A DNA stretch of 64,000 bases from the human T2T-CHM13v2.0 reference genome, Homo sapiens, in NCBI RefSeq assembly GCF_009914755.1, contig NC_060933.1; one strand, written 5' to 3'. The notes beneath the pieces were generated by a model, which saw only the letters and a list, made by a program, of their open reading frames with translations, had not been told where the DNA came from and did not search any database. Shown here piece after piece: positions 57,010 through 64,000 of this stretch (position 1 is its first letter; each line of letters starts with the position of its first letter). The translations under genes were made by a program, and so were the position numbers.

Positions 57010-60000
57010 TGATTCTATTCATCTCCCTTAGTCTCCATTACATTCCATTCCATTCGGGTTGTTCCATTCCATTCCATTCCATTCCACTCCATTACACTGC
57101 ACTCGGGTTGATTCCATTCCATTCCATTCCATTCCATTCCATTCCATTCCGGAAGATTCCATTCCATTGCATTCCATTCCATTACATTCCCCTGCACTCG
57201 CGTTGATTCCATTCCATTCCATTCCATTCCATTCCATTCCATTCCATTCCATTCCTTTCCGTTCCATTCCATTCCATTCCATTCCATTCCGTTCCGTTGC
57301 GTTCCATTCCATTCCATTCCATTCTATTCGGGTTAATTCCATTCCATTCCATTCGATTGCAATCGAGTTGATTGCATTCCATTCCATTCCATTCCATTCC
57401 ATTCCATTCCATTCCTTTCCATTCCATTACTGATGATTACATTCCATTGCATTCCATTCCATTCCATTCCCCTGTACTCGGGTTGATTCCATTCCATTCC
57501 ATTCCAATCCATGCCATTCCACTCGTGTTGATTCCATTCTTTCCATTCCATTCAAGTTGAATCCATTCCATTGCATTCCATTCCATTCCATTCCCCTGCA
57601 GTCGGGTTGATTCCATTCCATTCCATTCCATTCCATTCCATTCCATTCCATTCCATTCCGTTCCGTTCCGTTCCATTGCATTCCATTCCTTTCTACTCGG
57701 GTTAATTCCATTCCATTCCATTCCATTCCATTCCATTCCAATCGAGTTGATTCCATTCCATTCCATTCCATTCCATTCCATTCCACTCCACTCCATTCCA
57801 GTCCTTTCCATTCCATTCCACTCGGGTTGATTCCAATGTATTCCTTTCCATTCCATTCCATTCCATTGCAATCGAGTTGATTCCATTGCTTTGCATTCCA
57901 TTCCATTCCATTCCATTCCGGATGATTCCATTCCATTGCATTCCATTCCATTCCATTCCCCTGCACTCGGGTTGATTCCATTCCATTCCACTCCATTCCG
58001 TTCCATTCCATTCCATTCCATTGTATTCGGGTTAATTCCATTCCATTCCATTCCATTCCATTCCATTACAATCGAGTTGATTCCATTCCATTCCATTCCA
58101 TTCCAGTCCTTTCCATTCCATTCCACTCGGGTTGATTCCATTCTATTAGTTTCCATTCCATTCCATTCCCTTCCATTCCGGATGATTCCATTCCATTGCA
58201 TTCCGTTCCATTACATTCCCCTGCACTCGCGTTGATTCCATTCCATTCCATTCCATTCCATTCAATTCCATTCCATTACAATTCGTTCCATTCCATTCTA
58301 TTCCGTACCATTCCATTCCATTCCATACCATTCCATTCCATTCCTTTCCATTCCATTCCATTCCATTCCGTTCCATTCCTTTCCATTCCATTCCATTCCA
58401 TTCTATTCGGGTTAATTCCATTCCATTCCATTCCATTCCATTCTATTCCATTCCATTGCAGTCGAGTTGAATCCATTGCATTTCATTCCATTCCATTCCA
58501 TTCCATTCCGGAAGATTCCATTCCATTGCATTCCATTCCATTCCATTCCACTGCACTGGCGTTGATTCCATTCCGTTACATTCCATTCCATTCCATTCCA
58601 TTCCGTTCCGTTCCGTTCCGTTCCATTCCATTCCATTCCATTCCGTTCCGTTCCATTCCATTCCATTCCATTCTATTCTGGTTAATATCATTCCATTCCA
58701 CTCGATTGCAATCGTGTTGATTCCATTCCATTCCATTCCATTCCATTCCATTCCATTCCATTCCTTTCCATTACGGATGATTCCATTCCATTGCATTCCA
58801 TTCCATTCCATTCCCCTGTACTCGGGTTGATTCCATTCCATTGCATTCCAATCCATGCCCTTCCACTCGTGTTGATTCCATTCTTTCCATTCCATTCAAG
58901 TTGAATCCATTCCATTGCATTCCATTCCATTCGATTCCATTCGATTGCACTCGGGTTGATTCCATTCCATTGCATTCCATTCCATTCCATTCCATTCCAT
59001 TCCATTCCGTTCCATTCCATTGCATTACATTCGGATTGATTCTATTCAATTCCCTTACACTCCATTACATTCCATTCCATTCGGGTAGTTTCCATTCCAT
59101 TCCATTCCATTCCATTCCATTCCATTCCATTGTACTCGGGTTGATTCCATTCCATTGCATTCCATTCCATTCCATTCCATTCCATTCCATTCCGTTGCAT
59201 TCCATTCCATTACATTCGGATTGATTCTATTCAACTCCCTTACTCTCCATTCCATTCCATTCCATTCGGGTTGTTCCATTCCATTCCATTCCATTCCACT
59301 CCATTCCATTGCACTCGGGTTGATTCCATTCCATTCCATTCCATTCCATTCCATTCCATTCCATTCCGGAAGATTCCATTCCATTGCATTCCATTCCATT
59401 CCATTCCCCTGCACTCGCGTTGATTCCATTCCAATCCATTCCATTCCATTCCATTCCATTCCATTCCATTCCATTCCATTCCATTCCTTTCCATTCCATT
59501 CCATTCCATTCCATTCCATTCCGTTCCGTTCCGTTCCGTTCCATTCCATTCCATTCCATTCTATTCGGCTTAATTCCATTCCATTCCATTCGATTGCAAT
59601 CGAGTTGATTCCATTCCATTCCATTCCATTCCATTCCATTCCATTCCATTCCATTCCATTCCTTTCCATTCCATTACGGATGATTCCATTCCATTGCATT
59701 CCATTCCATTCCATTCCCCTGTACTCGGGTTGATTCCATTCCATTCCATTCCAATCCATGCCATTCCACTCGTGTTGATTCCATTCTTTCCATTCCATTC
59801 AAGTTGAATCCATTCCATTGCATTCCATTCCATTCCATTCCCCTGCAGTCGGGTTGATTCCATTCCATTCGATTCCATTCCATTCCATTCCATTCCATTC
59901 CGTTCCGTTCCGTTCCACTGCATTCCATTCCTTTCTACTCGGGATAATTCCATTCCATTCCATTCCATTCCATTCCATTCCAATCGAGTTGATTCCATTC

Positions 60001-60830
60001 CATTCCATTCCATTCCATTCCATTCCATTCCATTCCAGTCCTTTCCATTCCATTCCACTCGGGTTGATTCCATTCTATTAGTTTCCATTCCATTCCATTC
60101 CCTTCCATTCCACTCTGGTTGATTCCATTCCTTTCCATTCCACTCGAATACATTCCCTCCTATTCCACTCAGAACGATTCCATTCCATTCCATTCCATTC
60201 CATTCCATTCCATTCCATTCCATTTCGTTCCATTCCATTCTATTCCGTATCATTCCATTCCATTCCATTCCATTCCATTCCATTCCATTCCATTGTACTC
60301 GGGTTGATTCCACTCCATTGCATTCCATTCCATTCTATTCCATTCCATTCCGTTGCATTCCATTCCATTACATTCGGATTGATTCTATTCAACTCCCTTA
60401 CTCTCCATTACATTCCATTCCATTCGGGTTGTTCCATTCCATTCCATTTCATTCCACTCCATTCCATTGCACTCGTGTTGATTCCATTCCATTCCATTCC
60501 ATTCCATTCCATTCCGGATGATTCCATTCCATTGCATTCCGTTCCATTACATTCCCCTGCACTCGCGTTGATTCCATTCCATTCCATTCCATTCCATTCA
60601 ATTCCATTCCATTACAATTCGTTCCATTCCATTCTATTCCGTACCATTCCATTTCATTCCATTCCATTCCATTCCATTCCATTCCATTCCATTCCATTCC
60701 GTTCCATTCCGTTCCATTCCATTCCATTCCATTCTATTCGGTTTAATCCCATTCCATTCCATTCCTTTCCATTCTATTCCATTCCATTGCAATCGAGTTG
60801 AATCCATTGCATTCCATTCCATTCCATTCC
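57010..60830 (-). repeat. Dispersed, more diverged third copy of ~28400-32680 with a ~500-bp internal deletion
   Basis: Shared variants GCACTGGCGTTGATTCCATTCCGTTAC (30431, ~42344, ~58553), CTACTCGGGATAATT (~31808, ~43711, ~59935) and CATCTCCCTTAGT (~28408, ~57020). At ~58179 the sequence jumps from the equivalent of 29562 to that of 30063. Confidence 0.8.
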
Positions 60831-63800
60831 ATTCCATTCCGGAAGATTCCATTCCATTGCATTCCAATCCATGCCATTCCCCTGCACTCGCGTTGATTCC
60901 ATTCCATTCCATTCCATTCCATTCTATTCCATTCCATTCCATTCCTTTCTGTTCCGTTCCATTCCATTCCATTCCATTCCATTCCATTCCATTCCATTCT
61001 ATTCGGGTTAATTCCATTCCATTCCATTCGATTGCAATCGTGTTGATTCCATTCCATTCCATTCCATTCCATTCCATTCCATTCCTTTCCATTCCATTAC
61101 GGATGATTCCATTCCATTGCATTCCATTCCATTCCATTCCCCTGTACTCGGGTTGATTCCATTCCATTGCATTCCAATCCATGCCCTTCCACTCGTGTTG
61201 ATTCCATTCTTTCCATTCCATTCAAGTTGAATCCATTCCATTGTATTCCATTCCATTCGATTCCATTCGTTTGCACTCGGGTTGATTCCATTCCATTGCA
61301 TTCCATTCCATTCCATTCCATTCCATTCCATTCCATTCCGTTCCATTCCATTCCATTACATTCGGTTTGATTCTATTCAATTCCCTTACACTCCATTACA
61401 CTCCATTCCATTCGGGTAGTTTCCATTCCATTCCATTCCATTCCTCTCCATTCCATTGCACTCGGGTTGATTCCATTCCATTGCATTCCATTCCATTCCA
61501 TTCAATTCCATTCCGTTCCATTCCATTCCATTACATTCGGATTGACTCTATTCAACTCCCTTACTCTCCATTACATTCCATTCCATTCGGGTTGTTCCAT
61601 TCCATTCCATTCCATTCCACTCCATTCCATTGCACTCGGGTTTATTCCATTCCATTCCATTCCATTCCATTCCATTCCATTCCGGAAGATTCCATTCCAT
61701 TGCATTCCATTCCATTCCATTCCCCTGCACTCGCGTTGATTCCATTCCATTCCATTCCATTCCATTCCATTCCATTCCATTCCATTCCATTCCATTCCAT
61801 TCCATTCCTTTCCGTTCCATTCCATTCGATTCCATTCCATTCCATTCCATTCCGTTCCGTTCCATTCCATTGCATTCCATTCTATTCGGGTTAATTCGAT
61901 TCCATTCCATTCGATTGCAATCGAGTTGATTCCATTCCATTCCATTCCATTCCATTCCATTCCATTCCTTTCCATTCCATTACGGATGATTCCATTCCAT
62001 TGCATTCCATTCCATTCCATTCCCCTGTACTCGGGTTGATTCCATTCCATTCCATTCCAATCCATGCCATTCCACTCTTGTTGATTCCATTCTTTCCATT
62101 CCATTCAAGTTGAATCCATTCCATTGCATTCCATTCCATTCCATTCCCCTGCAGTCGGGTTGATTCCATTCCATTCCATTCCATTCCATTCCATTCCATT
62201 CCGTTCCGTTCCTTTCCGTTCCATTCCATTCCATTCTATTCGGGTTAATTCCATTCCATTCCATTCCATTCCATTCCATTCCATTCCAATCGAGTTGATT
62301 CCATTCCATTCCATTCCATTCCATTCCACTCCATTCCAGTCCTTTCCATTCCATTCCACTCGGGTTGATTCCAATGTATTCCTTTCCATTCCATTGCATT
62401 CCATTGCAATCGAGTTGATTCCATTGCTTTGCATTCTATTCCATTCCATTCCATTCCGGATCATTCCATTCCATTGCATTCCATTCCATTCCATTCCCCT
62501 GCACTCGGGTTGATTCCATTCCATTCCACTCCATTCCGTTCCATTCCATTCCATTCCATTGTATTCGGGTTAATTCCATTCCATTCCATTCCATTCCTTT
62601 CCAGTCCTTTCCATTCCATTCCACTCTGGTTGATTCCATTCTATTAGTTTCCATTCCATTCCATTCCCTTCCATTCCACTCTGGTTGATTAAATTCCTTT
62701 CCATTCCACTCGAATACATTCCCTCCTATTCCACTCGGAACGATTCCATTCCAATCCATTCCATTCCATTCCATTCCATTCCATTCCATTCCATTTCGTT
62801 CCATTCCATTCTATTCCGTATCCTTCCATTCCATTCCGTTCCATTCCATTCCATTCCATTCCACTCGTGTTGATTCCATTCCTTTCCATTCCATTCCGTT
62901 TGAAGGCATTCCATTCCATTCCATTCCATTCCATTGCATTCCATTCCATTCCATTCCATTGTACTCGGGTTGATTCCATTCCATTGCATTCCGTTCCATT
63001 CCATTCCATTCCATTCCATTCCGTTGCATTCCATTCCATTACATTCGGATTGATTCTTTTCAACTCCCTTACTCTCCATTACATTCCATTCCATTCGGGT
63101 TGTTCCATTCCATTCCATTCAATTCCACTCCATTCCATTGCACTCGGGTTGATTCCATTCCATTCCATTCCATTCCATTCCGGATGATTCCATTCCATTG
63201 CATTCCGTTCCATTACATTCCCCTGCACTCGCGTTGATTCCATTCCATTCTATTCAATTCCATTCCATTACAATTCGTTCCATTCCATTCTATTTCGTAC
63301 CATTCCTTTCCATTCCATACGATTCCATTCCATTCCATTCCATTCCATTCCGTTCCATTCCGTTCCATTGCATTCCATTCCATTCTATTCGGGTTAATTC
63401 CATTCCATTCAATTCCATTCCATTCCATTCCATTACAAACGAGTTGATTCCATTCCACTCCATTCCATTCCAGTCCTTTCCATTCCATTCCACTTGGGTT
63501 GATTCCATTCTATTAGTTTCCATTCCATTCCATTCCCTTCCATTGTATTCGCGTTAATTCCATTCCATTCCATTCCATTCCATTCCATTCCATTCCATTA
63601 CAAACAAGTTGATTCCATTCCATTCCATTCCATTCCAGTCCTTTCCATTCCATTCCACTCGGGTTGATTCCATTCTATTAGTTTCCATTCCATTCCATTC
63701 CCTTCCATTCCACTCTGGTTGATTCCATTTCTTTCCATTCCACTCGAATACATTCCCTCCTATTCCACTCGGAACGATTCCATTCCGTTCCATTCCATTC

Positions 63801-64000
63801 CATTCCATTCCATTCCATTGTACTCGGGTTGATTCCATTCCATTGCATTCCATTCGATTCCATTCCATTCCATTCCGTTGCATTCCATTCCATTACGTTC
63901 GGATTGATTCTATTCAACTCCCTTACTCTCCATTACATTCCATTCCATTCGGGTTGTTCCATTCCATTCCATTCCATTCCATTCCACTCCATTCCATTGC

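Larger units (their letters stand above)
1..64000. repeat. Satellite III (HSat3-type) pericentromeric tandem array, (GGAAT)n/(CATTC)n
   Basis: Uninterrupted 5-bp periodicity over the whole window, with long pure GGAAT/CATTC runs. The runs are interspersed with the classical Sat III 10-mer CAACCCGAGT (ACTCGGGTTG on the other strand) and variants CAACTCGATT, CAACGCGAGT and CAACACGAGT. The CATTCGATTC-dominated ~23-26 bp pattern of HSat2 is not the main unit. No non-satellite sequence was seen. Confidence 0.98.
11069..64000 (-). repeat. HSat3 right arm, G-rich strand on - (CATTC on +)
   Basis: The + strand reads CATTC from ~11069 to the end with no further switch. It has the same motif vocabulary as the left arm in reverse complement, e.g. 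GAATACATTCCCTCCTATTCCACTCGGAACG at ~11340 versus CGTTCCGAGTGGAATAGGAGGGAATGTATTC at ~5628 and ~6987. Confidence 0.97.

Noticed and set aside
172-63917. Hundreds of ORFs of 60-352 aa on both strands
   Set aside because: Pure (GGAAT)n and (CATTC)n contain no stop codon in any frame, so MEWNG and IPFHS repeats are expected. ORFs overlap in all frames, have no domains, and are frameshifted between duplicate copies by 5-bp slips.
1-64000. Repeat-and-spacer appearance suggesting a CRISPR array or cassette system
   Set aside because: The intervening segments are recurring degenerate pentamers rather than unique spacers. There is no constant repeat length, leader, or cas/recombinase gene.
1-64000. 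Assignment to a specific chromosome or HSat3 subfamily
   Set aside because: It requires comparison with subfamily-specific k-mer sets or T2T assemblies, which cannot be done by eye.
1-64000. Alu/L1 insertions, telomeric repeats, rDNA, tRNA or G-quadruplex motifs
   Set aside because: I saw no poly(A) tails, target-site duplications, TTAGGG arrays or non-satellite sequence. GGG/GGGG tracts are too sparse for canonical G4.

Overview
The entire 64 kb is classical satellite III DNA (human/great-ape HSat3 type): diverged (GGAAT)n/(CATTC)n pentamers punctuated by the Sat III motif CAACCCGAGT and its variants. I see no genes, RNA genes, transposons or unique sequence, and every listed ORF is a translation artefact of the pentamer (MEWNG or IPFHS repeats). 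The structure is in the array itself. (1) There is one orientation switch at ~11064-11068, GGAAT to the left and CATTC to the right, made through a 5-bp CGAGT microhomology and leaving a 12-bp perfect hairpin. (2) There is a nested hierarchy of duplications: 50 bp, 200 bp, 340 bp, ~1.2 kb, ~1.55 kb, ~2.7 kb, ~3.6 kb, a 4012-bp offset, ~8.5-8.9 kb, and a very recent ~11.9 kb tandem pair at ~23990-47905. (3) About 49 perfect three-pentamer heat-shock elements (ATTCC-GGAAG-ATTCC and variants, counted by eye) are carried by one recurring repeat variant. (4) Perfect 14-18 bp palindromes recur through the array. All coordinates and counts were read by eye. Duplication boundaries fall inside pure pentamer runs and are approximate. 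I cannot assign chromosome or HSat3 subfamily from the sequence alone.
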